From: a virus
Taxonomy: Duplodnaviria; Heunggongvirae; Uroviricota; Caudoviricetes
Length of the DNA stretch: 64,000 nucleotides
Strand: one strand, 5' to 3'
IMG/VR virus record: IMGVR_UViG_3300042885_000900
The notes beneath the pieces were generated by a model, which was given only the letters and a program-made list of their open reading frames with translations, was not told the origin of the DNA and did no database searches. Positions 36,468 through 45,664 of this stretch are shown here, piece after piece. The first letter of the stretch is position 1. The number at the start of each line of letters is the position of its first letter. Made by a program: the position numbers and the translations under genes.

Positions 36468-36818
36468 ATGGCACATCCAATATTACATTCTAAATCATCC
36501 GCCAAAAAGTTTGGTGGTATATGGGAAGATTATATTCACCTACATAATTGGTTAGATGAGACCAAGGCGTGGTACGGACACTCATTACATAGAATTTTCC
36601 GGCATCATTCTGAAGGTATTTTTGAAATGGAACAGAAGTTTGGACCATCCTTTACAAATAGTGATGGAAAAATTGTTTATACCCGATATGTGGGGGAACA
36701 ACATATTAAAGAAGATTGTTATAATTATATTCCAACAGCCCGTGAGTGGTTACAAGCATTAGAAAATAAAGAAAAGCCTATGTGGATGATAAGAACTTTA
36801 GATATTAATGTAGATTAA
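36468..36818 (+). CDS. Hypothetical protein
   Basis: ORF track. Confidence 0.5.
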   Translation: MAHPILHSKSSAKKFGGIWEDYIHLHNWLDETKAWYGHSLHRIFRHHSEGIFEMEQKFGPSFTNSDGKIVYTRYVGEQHIKEDCYNYIPTAREWLQALENKEKPMWMIRTLDINVD

Positions 36819-36841
36819 CATATTTATAATAAAAAAAGATT

Positions 36842-37540
36842 ATGCAACCAGAAATAACAGAAGACCAATTAAAATCCCTTAAATTATTCGCAATCTATTG
36901 TCAAGGTTATGGAGCCGATGAAGTTAATCACACCATATACACAATGAATTGTGAGGAAGATTGGAGAGATAATGAATTTTATCCAACTAACGGGATTAGT
37001 AGTATAGAAGGATATGATAGAATTAATGAAGTTCTTGACCAAATTATTGACCAAAACGAGTTATTTGAAAATAGTGTTACTGATTGTGAAAATAGAGGAC
37101 AATTAGTGTTTAACATTGATTGTAAAGAAAGAACATTAACTATAAACGCTTGGGAATGGCAATATGGTTATAACGAATCTTCAGCATCTTGGACATTAGA
37201 AGAGATTAAAGAGGATGATGAAGATTATTATAATGAAGTTATTCAGGTATTTGAAATGTTAGGTGATGGTAGAACAGCAAGTGTTAGTTTTGAAGGAGGT
37301 GGTGATTCAGGTTCTTTAGATAATTATATGGATATTGAGGGTCAAAGTGAAGATATTTCAGCAGGTCTTGAAGATTTATTATATAGATTATTAGCTAGTC
37401 ATTATGGTGGTTGGGAAAATAACGAAGGTTCTAGAGGAGATTTTATATTTAATCCCTCCGATGGTGAGATACAATTAGAATTCCTTGAAAATACTGAAGA
37501 AGAAGTTTCAGTCCCACTAAATTTCACAATAAAGTTTTAA
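36842..37540 (+). CDS. Hypothetical acidic protein
   Basis: ORF track. Bidirectional terminator at 37548-37565. Confidence 0.55.
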   Translation: MQPEITEDQLKSLKLFAIYCQGYGADEVNHTIYTMNCEEDWRDNEFYPTNGISSIEGYDRINEVLDQIIDQNELFENSVTDCENRGQLVFNIDCKERTLTINAWEWQYGYNESSASWTLEEIKEDDEDYYNEVIQVFEMLGDGRTASVSFEGGGDSGSLDNYMDIEGQSEDISAGLEDLLYRLLASHYGGWENNEGSRGDFIFNPSDGEIQLEFLENTEEEVSVPLNFTIKF

Positions 37541-37547
37541 TAAAAAA

Positions 37548-37565
37548 CCCCACCGAAAGATGGGG
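37548..37565. terminator. Bidirectional terminator hairpin (ccccaccgaaagatgggg) between convergent genes
   Basis: An A-run precedes it and a T-run follows. Confidence 0.55.
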
Positions 37566-37578
37566 TTTTTATTTATAA

Positions 37579-38325
37579 TTAAATCATTTTAAGGATGATT
37601 TCAGTTTTACCCTCCCATTTTATGATTTTAGATTTTGGTATCCAAAAGTTCATTACACCTATCTCATCAACCTTTTTTAGATACTCCTCTCTAAATCTTT
37701 CAGTCTGACTTCTGTCAGTGATGTAAGGAATACCCATATGTTTAGAACATAACTTACCAACTCCGGTTAACATAGAGAACTCATCGGTCAATGTTTTAGC
37801 ACAACATCTACAAATATCACCTCTCTTAATAGTCATCTTACCTTCAAATTTAACCGCTTTTGGAGAAACACCCAATACTTTGGTAATATCAATCAAAATT
37901 GGGTTAAACTTTAATCCGTATTTTTCTTTCAAATCTTGACCAATTGTTCTACCAATTTTAAGAGTCTCACCAGGAGTAGGAATTTTTAATTGGAGAGTTT
38001 GTTTTTTATCAGATTCTTTTTGAATTTGATTCAGTGCCGCTCTAACTTGACTATCAGTTAAAGTCCCGTAGGTCATTAATTTATTTTTAATGTCCGCCAT
38101 AAATACATTAGTACCATCGTATTTAGCGATTTTCTGTAAATCTTCAGACATAGTCTCAATTTTAACTGACTGAATCCCTTTAAGAGCCTTTTCCGCCGAC
38201 TCAAGTTGTTTTGGGGTTAGATTACCCCATTTTTTTAATGAAGCTTTAAGATTTAAAAGAAATGGAGTAGTACCTTCGTAGTTTCTTACTCTTGAGAAAA
38301 TAGTCGATGTTGATGTAGTTGTCAT
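37579..38325 (-). CDS. Hypothetical protein, 248 aa
   Basis: ORF track. Promoter box near 38352. Confidence 0.6.
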   Translation of the reverse strand: MTTTSTSTIFSRVRNYEGTTPFLLNLKASLKKWGNLTPKQLESAEKALKGIQSVKIETMSEDLQKIAKYDGTNVFMADIKNKLMTYGTLTDSQVRAALNQIQKESDKKQTLQLKIPTPGETLKIGRTIGQDLKEKYGLKFNPILIDITKVLGVSPKAVKFEGKMTIKRGDICRCCAKTLTDEFSMLTGVGKLCSKHMGIPYITDRSQTERFREEYLKKVDEIGVMNFWIPKSKIIKWEGKTEIILKMI

Positions 38326-38423
38326 AGGATGTTTGTTTTTAGTTTTGTGAGTACAAAGATAAGCCTTTATTTCATATAACCAAACTTTTTATAAAAAAAA
38401 AAGGAACAAAATGTTCCTTTAAT

Positions 38424-39362
38424 TTAATGTATGAATTCAAATGTTGAATTATCCTCTGATAAATACTTTTCATTACTTGAGATTATTTGTCGTTTTATCC
38501 CATTTTCAACCTCTTCAACAAATCCCGGAATATTTTGGTAGTCATTATCAACAACCATTTTATTATTAACAACTTTACCGGCTTTAATTATTGTAATAGT
38601 AATTTTAATTTTCCCACCTTCTTCTTTAATATCTGAAATGGTATAACTTACTTTTTTTGCCGTATCACCATAACCCAAAGTCAATAATTTTTTAGAACCA
38701 ACTAATTCAGATTTAATTTTTGTTGTAAAATTTACCACTTTTGCATTATTAATCTCCTCTAAAGTATAAACACCATACATAAGACCTTTAATATCGTCTT
38801 GAGTAACTTTTATAACATCACTCTTTAAATCTGAACTATAACTTATCGGATTAACTTGGGACATTTGTTTGGATGTTGACATAGAATAAGTGTCTGACAC
38901 TTTAAACCACATATTATTGATAAATAAATAAATTGGATACCATCCATATGATGTTATAACATAATACCATTCATTTTTTCTATTAACATCCCATTTACCC
39001 TCAAGATTAGACCCTTTAAATGGCATTTTAGCCGAAGCATACTCTGAAGCTTTATTATTTGGTGTCTTACTTTGTTTAAATAATCTATAATCTTTGAAGT
39101 TCTCTTTGGTTAAATTTTCATAGTCCCCATCTTCCCTAAAATTTGCAGTATAAACTTCATAATAAAATAAAGCATCTCTGGATGGTAATCCAAAAACATC
39201 CATCATCCTTTTAATTAAATCAACTAATATTTTTTTAGTCTTTGCCTGATGTTTGTGTTTGTTAAGGTATTTGAAAAGTAATATTTCCTTTTTTGATAAA
39301 GGATTTTCATTTTCACCACCTTCAAGCTGTTCTTTTAATATTTTCTTAATTAAATCTCTCAT
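38424..39362 (-). CDS. Hypothetical protein. Start taken at MRDLIKKILKEQ.
   Basis: Its N-terminal motif is shared with 23688..24308. The start abuts the stop of the upstream gene. Confidence 0.55.
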   Translation of the reverse strand: MRDLIKKILKEQLEGGENENPLSKKEILLFKYLNKHKHQAKTKKILVDLIKRMMDVFGLPSRDALFYYEVYTANFREDGDYENLTKENFKDYRLFKQSKTPNNKASEYASAKMPFKGSNLEGKWDVNRKNEWYYVITSYGWYPIYLFINNMWFKVSDTYSMSTSKQMSQVNPISYSSDLKSDVIKVTQDDIKGLMYGVYTLEEINNAKVVNFTTKIKSELVGSKKLLTLGYGDTAKKVSYTISDIKEEGGKIKITITIIKAGKVVNNKMVVDNDYQNIPGFVEEVENGIKRQIISSNEKYLSEDNSTFEFIH

Positions 39363-39363
39363 T

Positions 39364-39960
39364 TTAAAAATATGTTTGTTCAAAATATAACACCTGGAAT
39401 TTATCGTTCTTATCAATTAAGTTACCAGCATTGATTAAATCATTGTATTCTACAACAGCATTTTTTTGAAATTTTCTAAATTTAGTTAAAACATCAAAAG
39501 TTGTAATATCATCATTAAATAATGATTGTGAGTTTTTATTATACTCATTCATTAAACCTAACTCCATTTTATATGCTCCGTGAACAATATCAATTAGGTT
39601 AGAAAAATCGTGTTTAGTTGGTGCTTGGGGTATTTCCGGTTGGACATTAAAATCCACCATATATTCCTGTAGAGTTTGAGCATGTGTTAATTCATCCGCC
39701 GCTTCATTTGTGAAAAATTCTGCAGCTTTCTTATAATTCATATCCTGACACCAATTGGCTGCCGCTCTATAATAATAATGAGCCGTGTATTCATCTTTAA
39801 TTCTATCTGTAATAATTTTAATTGTTTTTGTATCTAATTTATACAAAGTAACCTTACTAATTTTAGCCAAAGTATTATCAGCCTCACTTATTATTTCGTC
39901 GTTTGATGACATATTCTTAATCTGTTGGAACATTTTGTCCGTTAATGATTTATTTTCCAT
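39364..39960 (-). CDS. Ferritin-like (four-helix-bundle di-iron) protein
   Basis: The spacing of E/H/Q residues resembles ferritin (EAADELTHAQTLQEYM ... ELGLMNEY). Confidence 0.45.
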   Translation of the reverse strand: MENKSLTDKMFQQIKNMSSNDEIISEADNTLAKISKVTLYKLDTKTIKIITDRIKDEYTAHYYYRAAANWCQDMNYKKAAEFFTNEAADELTHAQTLQEYMVDFNVQPEIPQAPTKHDFSNLIDIVHGAYKMELGLMNEYNKNSQSLFNDDITTFDVLTKFRKFQKNAVVEYNDLINAGNLIDKNDKFQVLYFEQTYF

Positions 39961-39972
39961 ATTTAATTATTT

Positions 39973-40326
39973 TTATTTCCCAATTATTATGTCACTATAA
40001 TCTAATTTATTCATACCGTCAATTTCTTTCTCATCAACAACCTCATCATACATAAATGCTTTCACAACAGATGTTATACTTTCCTCCGCCTGAGCAATTT
40101 TACTTTCCATCCAATCATCCAATTGAACGCTTCCATTTTCATCCATCTTTTCCCACATTTTTTCAGCTAATTTAAATATAGTGAAAAGGTGTTGGCGACT
40201 CATATAAGAACCTTGACCTTCATTTTCTTTAATGGTTTTCATTTTATCCACCAACTTTTCAAGTTGTTTTTCTGTTAATATAATGTTTTTCATATTCAGT
40301 TTATTTATAAATATATCATAAAACAA
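39973..40326 (-). CDS. Hypothetical protein
   Basis: ORF track. Terminator near 40330-40348. Confidence 0.5.
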   Translation of the reverse strand: MFYDIFINKLNMKNIILTEKQLEKLVDKMKTIKENEGQGSYMSRQHLFTIFKLAEKMWEKMDENGSVQLDDWMESKIAQAEESITSVVKAFMYDEVVDEKEIDGMNKLDYSDIIIGK

Positions 40327-40402
40327 AAAACCCCCACTATTGTGAGGGTTAATTTTGGACCGACAGATGTCGGCGACTCCACCATCCTATTTTTAAAGAG
40401 AA

Positions 40403-40891
40403 TCAGGAAAACTCCGTGTGTGATGAAACTCTAAGACCATCAACTTCTTTATCATAATATGATGATATATATGACGAATAACTAGATTTATGTTTATCAA
40501 TATATTCTTGATTGAGAACATAACCATCCGGTTGGCCCCACTCTAAAGCCATCTTAATAAACTCTTCGGTGTTTTGTATTTCACCATACTCATTAACTAT
40601 TCTACCTGAACGGATGAACGTTAATAGTTCTTCTTTATTGGTATAGAATTTATTGTCTTGGAAGTTCCATAGAAATTTCCAACCTGAACTTCTTTTTCCG
40701 ATATGAATTTTCATATTTTCCAAGAAGACATCCCAAGGAGATAGGTTTTCAAACCCTCTCTCTATTGTTCTGAAGTCATTTCTAATGTTATTTGGACTCC
40801 ATATATCCAAATCATTTATTTGTTCCACCAAATCAAGGTATTTGAGTCTAACCTCACTTGGTTTTGGTATACGAAAATAATTTGTGCTCAT
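40403..40891 (-). CDS. Hypothetical protein
   Basis: ORF track. Confidence 0.55.
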   Translation of the reverse strand: MSTNYFRIPKPSEVRLKYLDLVEQINDLDIWSPNNIRNDFRTIERGFENLSPWDVFLENMKIHIGKRSSGWKFLWNFQDNKFYTNKEELLTFIRSGRIVNEYGEIQNTEEFIKMALEWGQPDGYVLNQEYIDKHKSSYSSYISSYYDKEVDGLRVSSHTEFS

Positions 40892-40897
40892 ACCTTA

Positions 40898-41176
40898 TTA
40901 TTGTTTAGTTACTAACGCCTCTACTTTACTTCTCATATGGTCCGCCAAATCATAATCATTAACTGATGTTACGATAATGGAATCTACCAAATATTTGTGG
41001 GGGATGTGGATTAAGAAATCCATCCCGTTGAAGAACGACAAATCATTCTTTAATTCAATACAACCTTGAATCATCTTCAAAAATAACTTGAATTGGGTCG
41101 TGTCCACGAATGTTTCGTGTAATAGTTTTCCGAACTTCTCGTTCTCAATTCTGATAGTGTGAGTGTTTGTCGTCAT
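40898..41176 (-). CDS. Hypothetical protein
   Basis: ORF track. Promoter box at 41197-41204. Confidence 0.5.
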   Translation of the reverse strand: MTTNTHTIRIENEKFGKLLHETFVDTTQFKLFLKMIQGCIELKNDLSFFNGMDFLIHIPHKYLVDSIIVTSVNDYDLADHMRSKVEALVTKQ

Positions 41177-41233
41177 ATGTTTTAGTTTCTATGGTACAAA
41201 GATAATCTTTTTTTTAATAATACCAAACATTTT

Positions 41234-41488
41234 TTAATATTTTTCAATATTATATGAACCACAGATTCTGTGCTCTCTATTATACTCATCTTTGAATGTA
41301 ATACATCCGTTTTTCTCCACATATGTATTAGTGAAAAAATTTGTGTTCTGAGTTCTATTACCCGAAATGGTAATTTCATAATAGTGACCATTTATTGAGA
41401 CACGACTTACCATATACATTCTGTGTCCAATAATAACAAATACAAATAAAAAAATAACACCCACCAAAGTCAATAACTTATTTACCAT
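41234..41488 (-). CDS. Small N-terminally anchored protein, a paralog of 41791..42045
   Basis: One TM helix followed by the conserved ...YEITISGNRTQ...KNGCITFKDEYNREHRICGSYNIEKY. Promoter box at 41512-41519. Confidence 0.6.
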   Translation of the reverse strand: MVNKLLTLVGVIFLFVFVIIGHRMYMVSRVSINGHYYEITISGNRTQNTNFFTNTYVEKNGCITFKDEYNREHRICGSYNIEKY

Positions 41489-41552
41489 ATTAATTTAATT
41501 TAAATTCCCGACAAAGATAATCCTTTTTTTAATAATACCAAACTTTTTTATA

Positions 41553-41789
41553 TTATTTTTTCATCGGATATAAAATTGTTTCCAAAGTTGCTTTATACGC
41601 CGAAGATTTAAATGGGTCTTTTTGATGTTGTATAGCAGCACCCTCAAATAACTCAATTGCTTTATCTAACCCATCATATTTAACAATCATTCTACCCGCA
41701 GCGGGAATCGTAAATGGATTACTCACTTTATGTTTATCACATATGTTATCAATCGTCTCTTTAATTCTCTCTTGAAATGTCTTTTCCAT
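41553..41789 (-). CDS. Hypothetical small protein. Start taken at MEKTFQERIKE.
   Basis: ORF track, trimmed so it does not overlap the upstream paralog. Confidence 0.45.
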   Translation of the reverse strand: MEKTFQERIKETIDNICDKHKVSNPFTIPAAGRMIVKYDGLDKAIELFEGAAIQHQKDPFKSSAYKATLETILYPMKK

Positions 41790-41790
41790 C

Positions 41791-42045
41791 TTAATATTCT
41801 GTAATGTTATACATACCACATATTCTATGTGACCTACTAAACTCATCTTTAAATGTTATACACCCGTCTTTCTCCGCATACTTTTCAGTATAGAAACTTG
41901 TCTCTTGACGTTTATTACCCGGGATGGAGATTTCATATAAATGTTCCCCCTTTTTTAACCCACTAACCAAATATACTTTGTAACCTACAGAAGTTATAAC
42001 AAGTAAAAAAATTATCACTATAAAACCTATCACACTATTTCTCAT
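41791..42045 (-). CDS. Small N-terminally anchored protein, a paralog of 41234..41488
   Basis: ...YEISIPGNKRQ...KDGCITFKDEFSRSHRICGMYNITEY. Confidence 0.6.
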   Translation of the reverse strand: MRNSVIGFIVIIFLLVITSVGYKVYLVSGLKKGEHLYEISIPGNKRQETSFYTEKYAEKDGCITFKDEFSRSHRICGMYNITEY

Positions 42046-42046
42046 C

Positions 42047-42553
42047 TTATCTAAATTTTTCCATTCGTTTTTTAATCAACTCCGCAGTATCGTAGTCCTC
42101 ATTCTCAATCGATTGTTTTAAATAAACCTCACACTCAACCTCATTCATCAAATCCACCGGTTTGCCATCAACTTTTTTACCGGTAGATTTACTAGTTTCA
42201 CCAACACCACCTGTAAATCCTGGCTCACAACCCATCACTTCTTTAGCTTTATCATAGTTTTCTCTCCAAGTTGCAGATTTGTTAAAATTCATGACTGACC
42301 AATTGACTTGATAAGTCATCTTATCACCACAACTAATATAAAGTTTATCCAAATCCCAACCTTCAAGGATTGCAAATTCCTTATTATTTTTTTCCAATAT
42401 TCTATAATAATCACTTCTAATCAGAGATAATTTATCACCAACTTTCCAATTTTTACATATTGATTTTCTATTTTTTTCTTGAATGGCACCAATGATACCA
42501 ATCAACATCAATATTACCACAATAACACTTAAAATAATCCCTAATACTATCAT
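42047..42553 (-). CDS. Membrane-anchored protein (N-terminal TM helix)
   Basis: MIVLGIILSVIVVILMLIGIIGAI. Confidence 0.55.
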   Translation of the reverse strand: MIVLGIILSVIVVILMLIGIIGAIQEKNRKSICKNWKVGDKLSLIRSDYYRILEKNNKEFAILEGWDLDKLYISCGDKMTYQVNWSVMNFNKSATWRENYDKAKEVMGCEPGFTGGVGETSKSTGKKVDGKPVDLMNEVECEVYLKQSIENEDYDTAELIKKRMEKFR

Positions 42554-42583
42554 AATTTATTTTTTTATTTATTTGTCCATATT

Positions 42584-43312
42584 TTATTGTTCTGTAGTTG
42601 GTTTCAACCACAATAGTTTGTTTTCAAAAATGTAATTCTTTAATGTTGGGAAGTAGTATAATGTCTCCAAAGTTTTTAATGTGTCGTGTTTGAAACATTT
42701 TAATAATTCCTCCCGGATTCTTTCCGTTGAAACGACCCCCATTTTAGTTTCATAGTCATAGTTATTGATATAGTAATCCAAAAACTTTAAACTAAAACCT
42801 TTTGTTATTGAGAATCTAATTGCTCTTAAAATACGGAGGGGGTCATCATCAAAAGTTTCTTTACAGGACTTTGGAGTGATTAAAACTCTTCTTTCCAAAT
42901 CAAGTCGTCCACTGAAATAATCAATGATGGTACCATCCTCATCTTTGGCAAGAGCATTTAATGTGAAGTCACGTCTCTCTAAATCATCGTATAGTGTCCC
43001 TGGTTTAACAATTGGTGTTCTTGTTCCGGGAATGTACCCAACTTCTTTACGAGCCATCACAAAGTCAGCAACACCACTATACTTATGGTCTTTTGGGAAC
43101 TTTGCTCTGATAGTAAAACAATCGGCAGTGATTAAGAACAATTCAAACTTCTCATCCTTCAGGTATTGTTCCAACATAGAGAACATAGATTCCGCAGTAT
43201 CAAAGTCCTGCAACAATTTGTCATTAGGAACCGCAACATAATCCACATCTTTAGATTCAAGACCTAAAATCTCATCTCTAACCTTTCCCCCGACTTCGTA
43301 AAACTTAAACAT
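42584..43312 (-). CDS. tRNA nucleotidyltransferase (CCA-adding enzyme) / poly(A) polymerase head-domain protein
   Basis: GGKVRDEILGLESKDVDYVAV matches the GGxVRD...D.D nucleotidyltransferase motif. RRDFTLNALA is also present. ATG start at MFKFYEV, although a GTG at 43321 is possible. Confidence 0.65.
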   Translation of the reverse strand: MFKFYEVGGKVRDEILGLESKDVDYVAVPNDKLLQDFDTAESMFSMLEQYLKDEKFELFLITADCFTIRAKFPKDHKYSGVADFVMARKEVGYIPGTRTPIVKPGTLYDDLERRDFTLNALAKDEDGTIIDYFSGRLDLERRVLITPKSCKETFDDDPLRILRAIRFSITKGFSLKFLDYYINNYDYETKMGVVSTERIREELLKCFKHDTLKTLETLYYFPTLKNYIFENKLLWLKPTTEQ

Positions 43313-43479
43313 ATTTTCCACTTTCTATTATTTTATTCGACAAAGATAATACTATTATTTATATAAACAAAAAAAACCTCAACAAATTTTACTCTGTTGA
43401 GGTTTTTATTATTCCAACCAGTTAAAGAAAGGGGTTGTTGGCTAAATGAGTATATAAATATGCGGTAAAATTAGAAAAA

Positions 43480-43905
43480 TCAATCTTTTTTCAATAATCT
43501 CATAATTAATTTACATAATTGGTCCGATTTATTATCAAATGGCAGATTTTCAAGGTTAAAATATCCACATTCTGTATGTTCTTCTCCATCCTTCGCACTT
43601 TCTAAATCCGGATTTATTGGTTCGTCTGTCTCCATCATAAAAACATACATCAACCCTTTTATTTCCGTACCATCCCGATTATATCTTTTAACAAACCCAA
43701 CTAATTTTAAATCATTATCTAATGTATAGTTAGTCTCTTCTTTGAATTCGCGTTTCACACCATCCATAGGGTGTTCCCCCTTTTCCAAATGACCACAAGG
43801 AATACTCCATTGTCCTGGTAATTCACCTGTAGCGTTTCTTTTACAAAGCAAAACCTCGTCACCACATTTAACTATTACTCCGGAATATCGTTTAACCTCT
43901 TTCAT
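43480..43905 (-). CDS. Nudix hydrolase
   Basis: Nudix box GHLEKGEHPMDGVKREFKEETN. Confidence 0.75.
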   Translation of the reverse strand: MKEVKRYSGVIVKCGDEVLLCKRNATGELPGQWSIPCGHLEKGEHPMDGVKREFKEETNYTLDNDLKLVGFVKRYNRDGTEIKGLMYVFMMETDEPINPDLESAKDGEEHTECGYFNLENLPFDNKSDQLCKLIMRLLKKD

Positions 43906-43917
43906 TTTATTAAATTT

Positions 43918-44274
43918 ATGATATTTATCTATATGATAATAAATATAGGCAATTCAGAATTCAATGTCAAAGTAGTTTTTTCAAAAAAAGATACATCAAA
44001 TGGTATGATGGGTAAGAGATTTGATAAAACTTTTAATGGTATGTTATTTTTAATGTCTGATGGTCAACACGGATTTTGGATGAAAGATTGTATCATACCT
44101 TTAGATATAATTTTCATATCCAATAATGTAATTACAAAAATATACCATAAGTGTCCACCTTGTAATACCAACGAATGTAAATCATATATTGGTGAAGGAG
44201 ACACAATTCTTGAAGTTCAAGGGAACACCTGTAAAAAATTAGGTATTAAAATTGGTGATAAAATATCCGCATAA
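43918..44274 (+). CDS. Hypothetical protein with a CPPCNTNEC motif
   Basis: ORF track. Confidence 0.45.
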   Translation: MIFIYMIINIGNSEFNVKVVFSKKDTSNGMMGKRFDKTFNGMLFLMSDGQHGFWMKDCIIPLDIIFISNNVITKIYHKCPPCNTNECKSYIGEGDTILEVQGNTCKKLGIKIGDKISA

Positions 44275-44311
44275 AAAATGACCCATTATAGGTCATCTCT
44301 TATTTTTCATA

Positions 44312-45259
44312 TTATATCAAACCCTTTACCGCATTTCCTAACAATGGAGCCAATAGAGTTGTTATTGGGTCAGACCCTGTTTTAGGTTGAGTTGGAGGTG
44401 TTGGTTTCATTTCCTTATTTTCACCACCAAATTCACTATTAAACAATTCTTTATTTTTTGGGTCACTATTAAATTTCTCAACCTTTTGGTCTATGTCCGT
44501 AACCTTTTGTTCCAATTCATCCGGACCAACAAAGTTATGAATACCTAACATATCTAATAATGCCAAATACCATTTACTTCTTCTCATTAATGACCTTGTC
44601 GCCGCATTACCACCAATTCTTGGGACACCACCAACAAGTCTATTAAGGAAGGATGGTTTTAACGCCTCATAACCTCTGAAAGCCTTGAATTTACCTGTCG
44701 TACCCATTTCTTTACTTGCTTTAGTAAATAATTTCACATATTCTTCCAATAAATTAACAAATCTACTACCTAAATAAGGAACTTTACCAATAGAAGACCT
44801 TAATGTAGTTATTAATTTCTCACCCCAAGCCGGAGATTTTTCTACCATTTTAGCAATTGGCCCACCAACTGATTTGGCAGCTCCAGCAACTTTAACAGCA
44901 TCACCAGTAAGAGTCGCCGCTTTAAACGCTTTTGCTCCTTCACCACCTAATTTCATAACACCTACAACCGGTTTAGCTATAATATCACCAAAAATAGGTA
45001 AAGCAGCAATAAAAGATAAAATCGCAAACAATTTATCTCCTTGTCTCCAATAACTAATACCATTAACTAAATCCACAACACCTGTTGGGTCAAATATACC
45101 CGCAATATCACCAACGGTATTATACCATTTTGACTCTGAAAGTAATTTTTTCTTTTCAGGGTAAAGAGTTTTCATTACCTCAACAACAAAAATTTTCTCA
45201 CCACGAGTTAAACCTTCCCACTTTTCAGTTAACTCATTAATTTGATTTAATTTTTTCAT
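44312..45259 (-). CDS. Hypothetical protein, 315 aa (Gly/Ala/Lys-rich C-terminal half)
   Basis: ORF track. Confidence 0.55.
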   Translation of the reverse strand: MKKLNQINELTEKWEGLTRGEKIFVVEVMKTLYPEKKKLLSESKWYNTVGDIAGIFDPTGVVDLVNGISYWRQGDKLFAILSFIAALPIFGDIIAKPVVGVMKLGGEGAKAFKAATLTGDAVKVAGAAKSVGGPIAKMVEKSPAWGEKLITTLRSSIGKVPYLGSRFVNLLEEYVKLFTKASKEMGTTGKFKAFRGYEALKPSFLNRLVGGVPRIGGNAATRSLMRRSKWYLALLDMLGIHNFVGPDELEQKVTDIDQKVEKFNSDPKNKELFNSEFGGENKEMKPTPPTQPKTGSDPITTLLAPLLGNAVKGLI

Positions 45260-45261
45260 AA

Positions 45262-45621
45262 TTAATCTAACCCCAAGAAATGAATACCTTTATCAATAAT
45301 ACTACCTTCTTGAGATACACAACTTTTGAATATTTGAACATCTGAGTCAGGCATTTTACTTTGTGTTGCAGGACCCCAAATACCGTCCACAGGATAAACA
45401 CCAATTTTAGATTGGTATTTACTCAATGCTTGTTTAACACTATCACCCAAGAGTCCATCAACTTTTAGTGGTTGATTCTTATCATCTCTATGTCCTTTTT
45501 TATTTAAAAAACATTGAATACCTTTCTTTAATTCAGGACTTTCATTTTGTTCAGTAACCAATCCGTATATTGAACGGATATCACTTCTTTCTTCTTCGGA
45601 AATTATAAATCTTTTTGCCAT
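45262..45621 (-). CDS. Protein with a peptidoglycan-binding (PG_binding_1-like) domain
   Basis: LKVDGLLGDSVKQALSKYQSKIGVYPVDGIWGPATQ. Confidence 0.5.
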   Translation of the reverse strand: MAKRFIISEEERSDIRSIYGLVTEQNESPELKKGIQCFLNKKGHRDDKNQPLKVDGLLGDSVKQALSKYQSKIGVYPVDGIWGPATQSKMPDSDVQIFKSCVSQEGSIIDKGIHFLGLD

Positions 45622-45664
45622 AATAAATCTTTTAGTTATAAATATACAGAAAACAAAAAAGAGG

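Noticed and set aside
41182-41391. 69-aa ORF overlapping 41234-41488 in another frame
   Set aside because: The overlapping frame 41234-41488 has a conserved paralog (41791-42045) and this one does not.
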